The notes under the pieces: generated by a model | The model's input: only the letters and a program-made list of their open reading frames with translations | Databases searched by the model: none | What the model was told of the DNA's origin: nothing | Position numbers and translations under genes: made by a program | Part shown: piece by piece, positions 19,901 to 30,286 of the stretch | Layout of the letters: each line of letters starts with the position of its first letter | Numbering within the stretch: position 1 is the stretch's first letter | Source of the DNA: Chrysochromulina tobinii | Lineage: Eukaryota | DNA length: 43,915 nt | Assembly (NCBI GenBank): GCA_001275005.1 | Contig: JWZX01002646.1 | Coordinates: forward strand, 1 to 43,915 | Direction: 5' to 3'

Positions 19901-22900
19901 TGCTCGGCGCTGTGTGCCGTTGGCGCGTCGCGGTGGGCGGTCTCGGCGCTTACCTCGGCGCTCATCTCGGCGCCTCGGGCGCCCTTGGGCAACCGGGCCT
20001 CACGCTGCTCCGGTGCGTCTGGCACGACGTGCGCACGGCCCTGCGCTCGGATGCCGAGCGCCAGCAGCGGCGTCGTGCGCTACGGAAACGACAAGGCGCC
20101 GTCATGGGCGGGGGCGCCGTCATGGGCGGAGGGCCCGCGGCGCGCGCCTCGCTGACGCGCCTGGGCTTCTCGCGCTGGAGGCGCCGTCTCGTGCGCCTGC
20201 ATGCTCAGAGCATCGTGGACGCGGAGCTCGGGGGGCGCTCCATTGCGTTTGGCGCCCACCAAGGACGACGCACCGGCGCTGTGAATGTGAACAGGACGGG
20301 CGGCGGGAGATCTCGGGAGATCTCGGGCCTCGACAGCGGCGCTGTGAATGTGAACAGCGCTCGAGGCCTTTGGCGGCGCTGGGCGGCGCGCGCTGTGAAT
20401 GGCGCATCCGGACGCGGCGCACTCGTCCTAGGCGCCGCCGCGTGGCAGCGCAAGGCGAGCGCCCTCGGCCTACGCTCGCTCGAGCTCGCCAGCCGGCGAA
20501 CGCGCGTCATCCAGGCGTCCAAGGCGCACGCGAGTGCCGCCGCCCTCGCCCGAGCCTGGCGAGGTCTCTCCATCTGGCTCCCCGAGATCGCGCACTCGGC
20601 GATGGCGCTCGCCGCGGCGCGAGGGGCGTGGCGGCGGCGGGCACTTGGCGGCACTTGGCGCAGCTGGCTGGCGATGGCGGAGCGGCGGCGGCAGCGGGAG
20701 CAGCGGGTGCAGCGCGAGGCGGAGGCCGAGGCGCGCGAGGCCGCGCGAGTGCGCGGGCGTGCGGGGGCGCTGCTCTTGGCCGCGCAGGAGGCCGAGGCGG
20801 AGGCGGAGGCGGAGGCGGCGGAGACTGCGGCCGCGGCCGCGGCGGCGGCCGCGGCTGCCGCTGCGGCGCACCGTCGGCGCCAACTCGAAGAGGAAGCGAA
20901 GCTGGCGGCGAGGGAGCATGCGAGCGCGCAGCACCGAGCGGCGAGGGAGGAGGCGGCGAGGGAGGAGGCGGCGAGGCAAGAGACGGCCAGGAGGGAGCTC
21001 AGCCTGCGTCGTGAGCGCACCGTCGCCGCCACCTCGCCGCCCCCACCGCCTCGCGCCGCTCACGACGGCGCCTCTCCGACTCATCATCTTCGAGATCTGC
21101 CGCCCATGACGGCGCCCTCACTGCCGCCCACGACGGCGCCCTCACTGGCGCGAGTCACATCCCCCCGTCGCTCTCGCGACCTGCCGCCCACGACGGCGCC
21201 CTCGCCTTCGCCGCGGCCCTTCGCTCGGCAGAGCCTCTCGCCGCCCTCTCACCGCTCACCACCGCCCACGACCACGACCACGACCACGACGATGCTGCCC
21301 CCCGTGACGAGCGCCGCACCGGGCGCCGTACCGGCAGGTGGGCCACCAGTGGTCCAAGGCGCCGTGCCGGGCGCTACCGTCCTCGGGCGCATGGTCGAGG
21401 CAGTGCCGCTCCATGCGGCGGCCGACGCCGCCACATGGGCGCAGGCGGACGAGTGGACCAAAGCGGCCGCAAGAATCCGAGCAGACGAGTGGTCACGCGC
21501 GAACGAAGCGCAGAAGCAGGCGGTCGCGCAGGCGGCGGCGCAGGCGGCGGCGCAGGCGGCGGCGCAGGCGGCGGCGCAGGCGGCGGCTCAGGCGGCGGCG
21601 CAGGACGCGCGCGCGTACCCACATGCGGAGGCGGAGGCGCGCGACGCTGAGTATCATTTGCGATGTGACGAGATGAAGGTCGTCGATGGCGCGAGAGCGA
21701 ATGCGATCCTGAATGCCTCTGTGCGCTGCGCTGTGACGGCCGAGGCGGCGCCCGAGACGGCGCGTGCCCGCCGTCGCGCCGAAGCGATCGCGATCCGTGA
21801 AACGGAGGCACTCGAGAGTGCTCGCACCGCCATGATCGTCGCCGACGCGCGGCGCGCTGCTGAGGCGGCTGAGGCGGCCCACGTGGCTAGGGTCGAGCGG
21901 GCCGCGCGTGCTGCCGAGGCCGCGGCGCGAGCTCAAGCGGGCACTCTCGCGGCGCGTGCGCCCGATACGGCGCTCGGCGCGGAGGCAGCGGCTCGGCTAG
22001 CGGCGGACACCGCCCGGCTGCGTGCCCACGCGCACGCGCACGCCAGCCGCTCGCCGCCCTACCAGCCGCCCTACCAGCCGAGGCAGTCCCCTCAATGGGC
22101 CGTCCATTCACACGTCCATTCACACGCGAGCCTCGAGCCCCCTCAGTGGGCCGTCTGGGCGGCCAGCGGCGCGGGCGGCAGGTTCGGCCCCGGCGCCGGC
22201 GTGCACGCCGACGGCGGCACGCCTCTGCCCGAGCGCCGTCCCGAGCGCGTGCCTCCGATGGCCCCGGGTGCGATTGGGGCAGGGCTGGGCGCTGGGCTGG
22301 GCGCTCGGGACGGCGCTGGGCTGGGCGCGTTCAGCGGCGTACCGGTACCAACGGGCGGCAGGGCGGCTGGAGTCTCGTTGGAGGAGTCCAAATTTGGGAG
22401 CTTGGGTGGCGAGGCGGCACGACTCGCTCAGCACTGGTGCGACCTGGCGATGCTAGAGGCCGAGGCGAGTGTGCAGAGGCTCCATGACCCTGGCGCTGCC
22501 GCGGCACTCTCTTCGCTCTCGCCGCCCGCACCCTCGAAGCTCGACAACATCTCGCCACCCGTGCCGCCGCCCAGTGCCATTCCTCCAACGCCGACGCTAC
22601 CGACCGCACCGCCCAGTGCACCGTCGGTCCCGGCGCCGCGGGCCACCCCTCTGACCCACCCCCGGCTAGCGCCCACCACGGCGCCGCGGGCCACCCCTCT
22701 GACCCCCCCCCGGCTAGCGCCCACCACGGCGCCGCGGGCCACCCCTCTGACCACCCCCCGGCTAGCGCCCACCACGGCGCCTACCGCCCGCCCGGGGTTG
22801 CGCCGGAGCGCCGTCACGACGCACCCACCGTCCCGATCTCCCCACATCTCCCCATCTCCCCACGGGGTGCCTGCCGTGGCCACCGCCGCCGAGGACGAGG

Positions 22901-23445
22901 CGACAGCGCGTTCGAGCGGCGGCGGCGGCGGAGGCGGCGGAGGCGGAGGCGGCGGAGGCGGCGGCGGCGGCGTGACCCCACGGGCCAGCTCGCCTCGTGT
23001 GGGAGGAGCAAAGAACACCGCCGCGCTCAGTGCGCAGCCAGCCGCTCCGACAATGACGAAGCACAAGCCGCTCGGGACGGCGCTCAATAGCCGCACCAAT
23101 ATTGGCGCTCGGGACGGCGCGATCGGCGGTGCTTGCGGTAAGCTGGAACCGGCACCAACGCCACGCGCTGCGCAGCCGTCGTTCTGGCAGCCAGCTGCGG
23201 GCACTCCGGGTGTGCGTCCCCAGGTCGCCGTGGGCACTCCGGTGGGGGCCCCCATCTACGCCATCGCCGCAGATCCGGCCCTTGCCCGCGGCTCGTCCGC
23301 ACCGAGCGTTTCGTCAAGCGTTTCGTCAAGCGTTACGTCCGGACCGAGCGAGGCGCCGCTCCCTCGCTCCAAAGCGCCTCCTCCAGCGATGCCAGCAGCC
23401 ACAAAGTCTGTCTCGCGCTCCGGCCCGCTGCGGTGGAGCAGGTGA
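16909..23445 (+). CDS. Very large Ala/Glu-rich coiled-coil protein with an N-terminal LEM-like (HeH) motif, Trp/Arg-rich Sfi1-like segments and a Pro-rich tail; probably contains in-frame introns
   Basis: 6.5-kb open frame with first ATG at 16909. LTTSQLQAILFTRGIELPAVTQPLPFYIQ resembles the LAP2 LEM-like motif. LARWR, FSRWRRR and TWRSW motifs recur. Confidence 0.65.
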   Translation: MMSIEHLTTSQLQAILFTRGIELPAVTQPLPFYIQKAKDVGVTEVPLLDLATLKPPPAASTQSSASSSAAMIKMTASASGRVVLERLLLHRRDHLLLGALCAWQMSVQAKIAADTLYERLMVRYEHEASLEDRVEEIEGSLSPMKRGAAAAAVAEAEQRHVAALEALRSEAEVEKAAALAAAAAEARAEAEARVVEATATAQSRTAAAESQLAEMVAKAAAEVAAAEVAAASNAAATTEAAIAAAKAAAEAAQSELEKLRESSAAAAAREAALATALEEARQQAVRQAAQLSAELSVAVERADAHAAQQQALVTALETQQKASAAALAEAVEAAVEATRAQEQRAAMAALETKLELARQEHANAVSSAQAAALAAALETARVDTQRAVELAAAEAARRAAEQASAVASAQQEAAVAAAVAAAIEKVESRMREEAISEQSRMREEAAAAAEAAAEAAEAAATAAAADKSAALAAAAAVADEERRAAVGAAVEAAVAAAMGSAEGAVAAAATQARIEAISEQSRMREEAISQARIEAAQAQAQAAEAQAEASSARAAAQAAQADAAAALERARTADETLRAAQDGAQAARETAEDAQLAAENAQLAAEVALESAEAARERAEVARAQAQSHLDAAVAAQQAAAAEHTLALAAWQAREATLDTALAAALERVGELERQIEKQALEHTQQHRVLLEQEQQQQQQQLAAALAQVEAAQAQLAVAREEAQAAAEAATAKRLVTLAEQLAAAQADTDAAKAEAIASAEAASTAAAELQQLKEAVCEQNRGPAVGVTTAEVQSAAAVAAEARAAAAEERARVAEERASAAEAAEAAGALLAQAHCDLDLDLDLGQSRPISTNLDLDLAQASLTSPQKEASAKSRIEAEVVRRVEAEVTKRMAEIEVEIEAEVTKRTAAAEAIASFHAGSASGPAPGTARHVAAMTSAGLGAELRASSRARQAAIGACLRSVLRAPELHALGASLARWRVGVEELEARLGRSPREMMLGAVCRWRVAVGGLGAYLGAHLGASGALGQPGLTLLRCVWHDVRTALRSDAERQQRRRALRKRQGAVMGGGAVMGGGPAARASLTRLGFSRWRRRLVRLHAQSIVDAELGGRSIAFGAHQGRRTGAVNVNRTGGGRSREISGLDSGAVNVNSARGLWRRWAARAVNGASGRGALVLGAAAWQRKASALGLRSLELASRRTRVIQASKAHASAAALARAWRGLSIWLPEIAHSAMALAAARGAWRRRALGGTWRSWLAMAERRRQREQRVQREAEAEAREAARVRGRAGALLLAAQEAEAEAEAEAAETAAAAAAAAAAAAAAHRRRQLEEEAKLAAREHASAQHRAAREEAAREEAARQETARRELSLRRERTVAATSPPPPPRAAHDGASPTHHLRDLPPMTAPSLPPTTAPSLARVTSPRRSRDLPPTTAPSPSPRPFARQSLSPPSHRSPPPTTTTTTTTMLPPVTSAAPGAVPAGGPPVVQGAVPGATVLGRMVEAVPLHAAADAATWAQADEWTKAAARIRADEWSRANEAQKQAVAQAAAQAAAQAAAQAAAQAAAQAAAQDARAYPHAEAEARDAEYHLRCDEMKVVDGARANAILNASVRCAVTAEAAPETARARRRAEAIAIRETEALESARTAMIVADARRAAEAAEAAHVARVERAARAAEAAARAQAGTLAARAPDTALGAEAAARLAADTARLRAHAHAHASRSPPYQPPYQPRQSPQWAVHSHVHSHASLEPPQWAVWAASGAGGRFGPGAGVHADGGTPLPERRPERVPPMAPGAIGAGLGAGLGARDGAGLGAFSGVPVPTGGRAAGVSLEESKFGSLGGEAARLAQHWCDLAMLEAEASVQRLHDPGAAAALSSLSPPAPSKLDNISPPVPPPSAIPPTPTLPTAPPSAPSVPAPRATPLTHPRLAPTTAPRATPLTPPRLAPTTAPRATPLTTPRLAPTTAPTARPGLRRSAVTTHPPSRSPHISPSPHGVPAVATAAEDEATARSSGGGGGGGGGGGGGGGGGGVTPRASSPRVGGAKNTAALSAQPAAPTMTKHKPLGTALNSRTNIGARDGAIGGACGKLEPAPTPRAAQPSFWQPAAGTPGVRPQVAVGTPVGAPIYAIAADPALARGSSAPSVSSSVSSSVTSGPSEAPLPRSKAPPPAMPAATKSVSRSGPLRWSR

Positions 23446-23932
23446 AAGATGACTCGCCGCGCGCTCACGGACCACGGCGCACGGGGGATGCCGCCCCGAT
23501 ACTTAGCGAGATGGCAGATGCTTAACGTACGTGGCTGTGCCGCACAAGTGAAGATAACCCGACCCAGACCTCGATTAGCGATTACATAGGGACCCAGCCA
23601 AAGTTTCAGCCGTACACCCCGTACACCCGGCTCAGTGGTACTGGTAAATAATGTACGGTAGTGGCATTATATTTTATCGGCGGCGGTATATTCGATTCGG
23701 CGGTGCGCTTCGGTTCTCAATGTCAAATTGACCGCCCATACGATACATAGAGAGACGTTTGAGGTTATATGACCGCTTTCGACGATAGTCGAGGTACTCG
23801 ACTAGAGATGGGCATTCGTATCTCGCATCGACGCAAGGGAGAGCCCGGAAATCTATGTGTGTGCCTGCGGCGACCGCCTTGGCAGTCGCTTCGGCCTCCG
23901 CCTGCGCCTTCTCAGCAGCTGCCTTCGTTGGC

Positions 23933-26900
23933 CTATGACTTTGACTTGAGGTTGAGCTTTGACTTCAGCTTTGACTTCAGCTTTTCGTCAAACACCTCGA
24001 CGTTCATGGCTGCTCCGAGCTGCAGCCGCCTGATATCCTCAGCGGCCGATTCGGCCGGGGCCTGCGGAGAGTCTGGACGAGAGGTCCCTGTAAACGGGAC
24101 GGAACGGATGAAGCCGTTCAAGAAGTTGTCGATCTTGCGAATGAAAGTGCGGAATCGATTATCTTCGTCGTCGCTATCCGAGCACCTCGAAAGCTCTTCG
24201 AGCCATTCCTCCAGGGTGGTGTTGTCCTTTTCTACTGGCTCGCTTTTCTCGTTCGTCTCAAGGTTGATGGGTGCGAATCTTGTGTCTTTCTTCTTGCCTC
24301 TGGCGAGAAGTCGCAACCTGCGAACACTCGATAATCTACCTAGTCGAGAAGAAGACGACTTTTTTCTGCCTTTCTCGAGCAGCGCCGGATCGAGTTGGTC
24401 CGCTTCGTGTTGCGATTCTTCTTCCTCTAGCAGCTGATATTCTTCAAGAGCTTCGATGAGCTTCATGAGCTCGAAGTCCGTCCTCCTCGAGAACTCGGCA
24501 GTGGTACTCTTTTGGTCTTTGAGTGCTTTTGCGATCCTCGCCAGGGTCTTCCTGCGCTCTATGCGTCTTTCCCTGCGCCGTTGGAGAAGAACTGTGGCGT
24601 GAGACCAGGCTTCACCTTCGATGGCGACGATGACGGCCGTGCCGAAGAAGAAGAAAATGATTACCAAAGCCAAGTAGAAGAGGATGCCCGACAATTGCTC
24701 ACCAATTCCCTGGGTCGACAGCTCGGACAGAAAAAGCTTGAGTACTGTCGCATCGCCGATGATGATTTCCAAGAAGGAGTAGAAGGATGATGGAGATACG
24801 ATCTCGGTATAGTAGTCGGAGGAACGGGATGTGCCAAAAAGCAAGCTACCGATGATCAGGAACGCGAACATCAGGTGGACGAGCATGACAAAGAGCGTGG
24901 CTATGAGGGGCGCCGTTGACTTCAGCGCTGTTAGGCGGACGCGAATCTCCATGCGCAAAATCATGAAGCTCACGCTGCGGACGAGCGCGCAATAGAGTGC
25001 GAAGCTGAGGAAGGCGCGCAGTAGCATTTCCGAATCGGCCATCGGAGAGAGGTCCACAAAGTTCCGATTGTCAAAAGTGCCCTTCGCTTTGATGAGGTTC
25101 CGAACCGTGTCTTGATGGGCAAAGAAGGACGCTCCCGCCCCTACGAAGAGCACCAGCTGGCAAATGTCGGAAACCCAATACGCAATACGCACGGAGCGCT
25201 CCATGCCTTCCGGATCACTCGATCGCGCGGCTAGGAACCTGAGCAAGGCAGATCCACTCCTTGCTCCACTGACGGGATCAAGAATATCGGCAGCCAAGGG
25301 GTCGAACGTCGCGATCATGTCGAAGTACCGTTCCTTGCGCAGTCGGAGCCACATCTCGTGTAGCACCTCCACGTGGCGAAGGACGAGAAGGACCGCGTAG
25401 ACACCGCCCATCCAGTAGACAACGCTGTTATAGGTCGGAAGGGCAAATGTTGTCCACATGACATCACCGCCCCTCAGCTCTAACGTGTGCTCGCATGCCG
25501 TGCGAGTCCTCTGCTCGGGACGCACCGTGCCGAAGTCGTTGACTTCAAATATGATGTCGGTGAAGATGAAGCACCCCGTTTGAGGATTGAACGTCTGCAT
25601 GCGAGCCACAACAGACAGAGTGTCCTCATCGATCCAGTCGCCATTGATGAGCTCTCCGATCGCCTTACGATAGTCCGCAGCCGCCCAGATGTCTCGAATA
25701 TAGCCACCTGGTCCGTAGCAGGTTTGTAAGTACGAGCTGACTGTGCAGATGGGGCCCTGGTTCGCGTCGCCACTGGGCGTGAACGTGAAGCCCGCTGAAG
25801 CAAGATCGAGATTAGCTCGCGCGTAGGCGTTCCCATAAGTGCCACTGTGCCGACGTTGCCTATCTGTGCATCGAGGTGTCTGCGCCGTCTTCCATCTGTC
25901 CACGCCCAGCAGCGAGCGGAGAATTTCGAGGGAGGACCTCAAGGTGCCGTTCAACGAGGATTGCGTGTCTTCCTCTTTGTCCGAGAAGCTGCGCGACCAT
26001 CGCGCAAGACCAACGTTAATCGGGTCGTGGTTAAGTTCCGAACAGCTCTGCCTTGTTCTACGCTCCTGGAACAGCCGCAGCGGGTTGATCATGTTGTTGG
26101 TCATGCCAACGATTCCGGTGAGGTTGATCGACTCGTTGCCCCAGTAGCTGCCGAGACGCACAGGGTCGATGAGGCAGGCGTCTGTGAGTCTTGGACATCC
26201 TAGCCATGGAGATGCCCAGGGGCATGCATGCAAGCCACATGCACATGCGCATGCTCCTTCCGCGCATGTCCCGCACGCGCGAGTGCGCGCGACTCACTCG
26301 ATAGCTTTGCCCCCATAGTGGCATCGCGGGGCAAGGACCTCCATGAGATAGAACTGGATGTACGCTTTGATGCCGCCAAGGGTCTTGACTTTGCCGAGGG
26401 TGAACAGGTTCGGGAAACCTTCCATCGAGTAGTGGTGCCAGGTGCCGAGTGCACCTATGAACGGGAAGGCCGTGAAGCCGTCGCCCAGCTCCGACCATCT
26501 TCCGGGGAGGGGGAATCTTCGCTCGAATTCCTCGTGGACTCCGAAGTCGTCGAACCCATGTTGTGTGAAGGTGCCGTTGCGATCGAACGGCCAGAGGGTG
26601 TTCAGTAAGCCCATAGCTGTTAGCGAGGTGAGCTCGCCATAGAGGTACTCCCCGGCACTCAAGAAGTCGGCTGCGATGGGGTCTACGTAATCCGACCCGA
26701 TCCGAGCCACTCTCTCGCAATGTGGGCCCCATAAAGCCGCGTATGCCACTCTGTTGTCCGGGTCAAAGGCAGACAACTCTGTGTAGAACGCGGTCTGATT
26801 GCTCAATTTATTCTGCGTGTAGATGCGAAACGCCTCGTAACGTTGCTCGGTACTCGCCTGCAGGTAGTTGAACATCCCGCTTTTCAAGGGTCTCTGCATC

Positions 26901-28249
26901 GCGTTCGCCTGGCATCCGGGGGCGATGGGTCCAATGAGTTCGTGATTGCAAGCGGGAGTGGCATGGAGCGCAAATAAGCATGGCGCTCGAGCAAAAGCTG
27001 CATGAGCTCTACTCAGACAGAGCCTTGCGTCGCCATCGGCAAAGCAGAGACGCTTGCACGCGAGATGCGGGGCGGGGCGCACCGTGAAGTATCCGCGAGT
27101 CGGATCGAAGCACATCATGGCCGCAAACAAGATCGTGAAGATGTAGTGGCATACGGCGCGCAGCCCTAGCTTCCTTTGCCATCGGCGTCGCAAACGATTT
27201 ATGAGGACGTTTCGGATGATCTCGGCGCGATCATGCGAAGTGACGTACTCCTTCTTGTCTTCAGGGATCTCCTCTTCTTCCTCCTGAATAGCTGGCACAG
27301 CAGACGCCCGAATCTGGAGGGCTCGCTTGTTGGCTGGCAAGGCGGAGAGCGTCTCATTGACAAAGGCCTGGGGATTGTAGACCTTGATGTTGGCCATATC
27401 CCAGCACCGAATCTCTTCATTTGGGTTCATGGGGTTCTTAATCCGCCAGTAGCGGCGCGCATCCTTGGCGACGTCGCCGAATGTATACGACTTGGTGACA
27501 CGAAAGACCACCGAATCGAACGAGCTGGCGCTCTGACTTGTATGCTCGTCGGTCGCCCAGTGCACCTGCACGCTCTCAAGCCCTCGTGCCTCGATTTCTG
27601 GAACAGGAAGAAGCCGTGCATGCGAGCCTGAAGCCGTGCGCACCTTTCTGCCGCGTCGGACGGCCTGTATCTTGGTGGCTGCAGCCTGCTCCTTGGGTGA
27701 GTAGATTTCCAGATGGGTGCCGTGTTCATATTCCCACCGCTCGATCGCTTCGTGCACCACATGGCGAGCGGCCTCGATATTCACCTGTGAGACTGAGTGC
27801 TGAGCTGCTACTAGCAGCTCACCCTCGATCTCGGTCTCGTTGAACGGTGGTTCTTTAACCTGAGCGTTGTTGGGCATGTATTCGATCGCCTGACGAGAGA
27901 TTTCCTTCAGGCGCTGCTCAATATTTTTCTTCATGAGTTCCGCCGCTGCTGCGAGTGCTACTGCTTGGATAGGGACGAGGTCTTCGAGGACGCCGTCCAA
28001 CGATTGCATGAACGATTCGCGGAGCTGGATTTGGTCCACCGTGATCAGCGGAGCTACGTAGTGCTGCTTTTGGATCATGGCCAGCTCTTGCGACACCTGC
28101 TCAAACTGCTTGCGCACGACTTCGCGCTGAGCGCACGCCGCCTGCAGCCGCTGCTGCTCCGCCTCAAAGATTCGCCGCTGCTGCTCCCTGATGAATGCAG
28201 CGACTTCCTTGTTGGCCGGCAACTTTTCCGGCAGATCGAAGTACGGCAT
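23933..28249 (-). CDS. Polycystin-2/TRPP-like cation channel with an N-terminal IQ motif; predicted exons 28249-27083, 26908-26298 and 26147-23933 (about 1330 aa)
   Basis: Two ORFs join in frame through a GTGAGT...GGCAG intron (26297-26148, giving I-D-Y-W-G). A second, in-frame intron is GTGCGC...CCAG (27082-26909). TOP-domain motifs: LRLFQER, YGPGGY..WIDEDT..FNP..FE..G, FVDL. S5 is FLIIGSLLFG, the pore is IIIGD, and S6 follows. The IQ motif is ATKIQAVRRGRKVR. Confidence 0.8.
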
Positions 28250-28687
28250 GCGTTAAGTTGCGCGGGAGCGCGGCGGTGGCGCTCGGAGCTTGGGACGCAC
28301 GACAGAAAGAGCTGTGAGCGTACTTCCAAATTTGGGAGACGCTCGTGCAAGCAAGATGCGCGCGCCGCCCGTCGCGCTTATTAGTCGCGTGACGTGAGAG
28401 AGGAGGTCGCGCGTCGTATGTGGTCATGCGTTGATAGGGTTGTGGTTGTGATTGTGGTTTTGCGGGTTTCCGGAACCTTACGCTTACCGGTCCCCCCGGT
28501 GTCTTTTTACCGGAACCGCGACGACAATTTTATGCGCGTCGAGACTCGTGTCGACCGCCTTTTATACGCGCCGCCCAGGTGCGCCCGCCGAGCGGCGAGC
28601 AGGATTGATTGACTCACGTGACCGACTGGAACTTTCATGAACTTTGAGTTCGTCCTTGTTGTGAATGTGAAGTGTGCAAGTAAATCC

Positions 28688-29809
28688 ATGAAACCGCTTT
28701 TCTCCCAAGCACGGCGGCCGCATTTCTTCTCTCCCCTCATGATGCCCCCGCCGGGCATGAGTATTCAATTGGATGGCTCCGGCCCGATCGACATGCAGAT
28801 GGACCAGCCCTCCTTCACTCTCAGCCAGTCGGGCACGTTTGTCAAGGAGGACTTTGTGATCAACCGGCAGGGCATCGCGGCCGTTGGCGGCACCGAGGTG
28901 GCCCGTGTGGTTGGGCTTCGCCTGCAGGACTTGCAGCTGCTGGAAGTGCTTGGCAAGGGCGCATCGTCGCTGGTGCGCCGCGCCGTGCATACGCCATCCC
29001 AGACAGAGCTCGCTGTCAAGGTGATCAACGTCTTCGACAAGGACAAGCGCGACCAGCTGCTGCGTGAGCTGCGTACGCTGTACAGCTCCGCGTTCCCGTG
29101 GCTCGTCTCATTTCACGACTGCCTGTATGACGAGGGCGCCATGTACATCGTCCTCGAGTACATGGACGGCGGCTCGCTCGCGGACGTGCTGATCGCGACG
29201 CAGCTGACTGGCAGTGGCGCGCCGAGCGAGCTTGTGCTCGGGCGGATTGCCGCGAAAACGCTCGCAGGGCTCAACTATCTGCACCGCGAACGGCACCAGG
29301 TGCACCGCGATATCAAGCCTGGCAACATCCTGCTCAACTCGCGAGGCGAGATCAAAATCTCCGACTTTGGGCTCTCGGCGGAGCTCGATTCGACGAAGGA
29401 GATGTGCGCGACCTTCATCGGCACGCACGCGTACATGTCGCCCGAGCGGCTGGGTGGCAAGCCGTACTCGTTCGCGTCGGACATCTGGTCCCTCGGCATC
29501 ACCCTGATCGAGTGCGCCATCGGACAGTTCCCCTACACGGCGTACAACGGCAACAATTACTTCGTGCTTCTCTCACAGATTCTCAACGACCCTCCGCCCA
29601 GCCTCCCGGACGCCTTCTCACCCGAGTTCCGCGACCTAGTGCTCCAGTGCCTAACCAAGGACGCGGAACAGCGCCCCTCGGCCGAGGACCTCCTCAAGCA
29701 CCCCTTCATCGCCATGCACGACGAGAGCCTGAGCCCTCTTGATATGGCCGAGTGGGTCAAAATCTGCACACAGATGCGGAAGGATGCGGAGATCATGCCT
29801 CCATCTTAG
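28688..29809 (+). CDS. Mitogen-activated protein kinase kinase (MAP2K/STE7 family)
   Basis: LGKGASSLV, LAVKVI, LEYMDGGSL, HRDIKPGNIL, DFGLSAEL, activation loop T-x5-T (STKEMCATFIGT), YMSPERL, SDIWSLG. The start is uncertain between 28637 and 28757. Confidence 0.93.
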   Translation: MKPLFSQARRPHFFSPLMMPPPGMSIQLDGSGPIDMQMDQPSFTLSQSGTFVKEDFVINRQGIAAVGGTEVARVVGLRLQDLQLLEVLGKGASSLVRRAVHTPSQTELAVKVINVFDKDKRDQLLRELRTLYSSAFPWLVSFHDCLYDEGAMYIVLEYMDGGSLADVLIATQLTGSGAPSELVLGRIAAKTLAGLNYLHRERHQVHRDIKPGNILLNSRGEIKISDFGLSAELDSTKEMCATFIGTHAYMSPERLGGKPYSFASDIWSLGITLIECAIGQFPYTAYNGNNYFVLLSQILNDPPPSLPDAFSPEFRDLVLQCLTKDAEQRPSAEDLLKHPFIAMHDESLSPLDMAEWVKICTQMRKDAEIMPPS

Positions 29810-30286
29810 GTGGTAGGAGGAAGACCCCACGGACGACGGACAGGGTGTGCGTGAAGGGACTTGGACGCCCATCATGGTCGTGCCCGCTCTGTATTGAATA
29901 TCAGGTGTGAATATCAGGTGTGTAGTCGCGCGGAGCCGAGGTCTCGGTGACGGTGCGCTGTTGACACGCCATCTGAGCTGGCTCGCGGCGCGCCCGGTCC
30001 CAGCTACTCCATGAGCTACTCCCAGTCCCACGGTCCCGCGGCCGCAGAGAGAGGTTTTTTCGCCGTATAGCGTCTACGTGCAAACATATCCAATCGCGTC
30101 ACGGCGTCCGGGTCCAATTGGTCAGGTCTCAGGAATCCGGATGATTCACGTTCAGCTGTAATTTCCACGCTGCCGCGATTCGTATCCGGCGGTGCGATTT
30201 GACATTTGTGATTCGTTTTAACGTGTCATGCCGGTCTGCCGTCCGGTGGGGTGGGCACCGCCGTCATGTCTCAAACTACGCCGTCT

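Noticed and set aside
17956..23255. Alternative-frame and antisense ORFs (518, 532, 315, 275 aa) inside the giant gene
   Set aside because: Arg/Gly- or Ala/Ser-rich translations typical of off-frame reading of Ala/Glu codons.
23640..23760. Possible transposon terminus resembling 30050-30210
   Set aside because: Only short matches (such as CGGCGGTGCG) are shared, with no definable TIR or target-site duplication.
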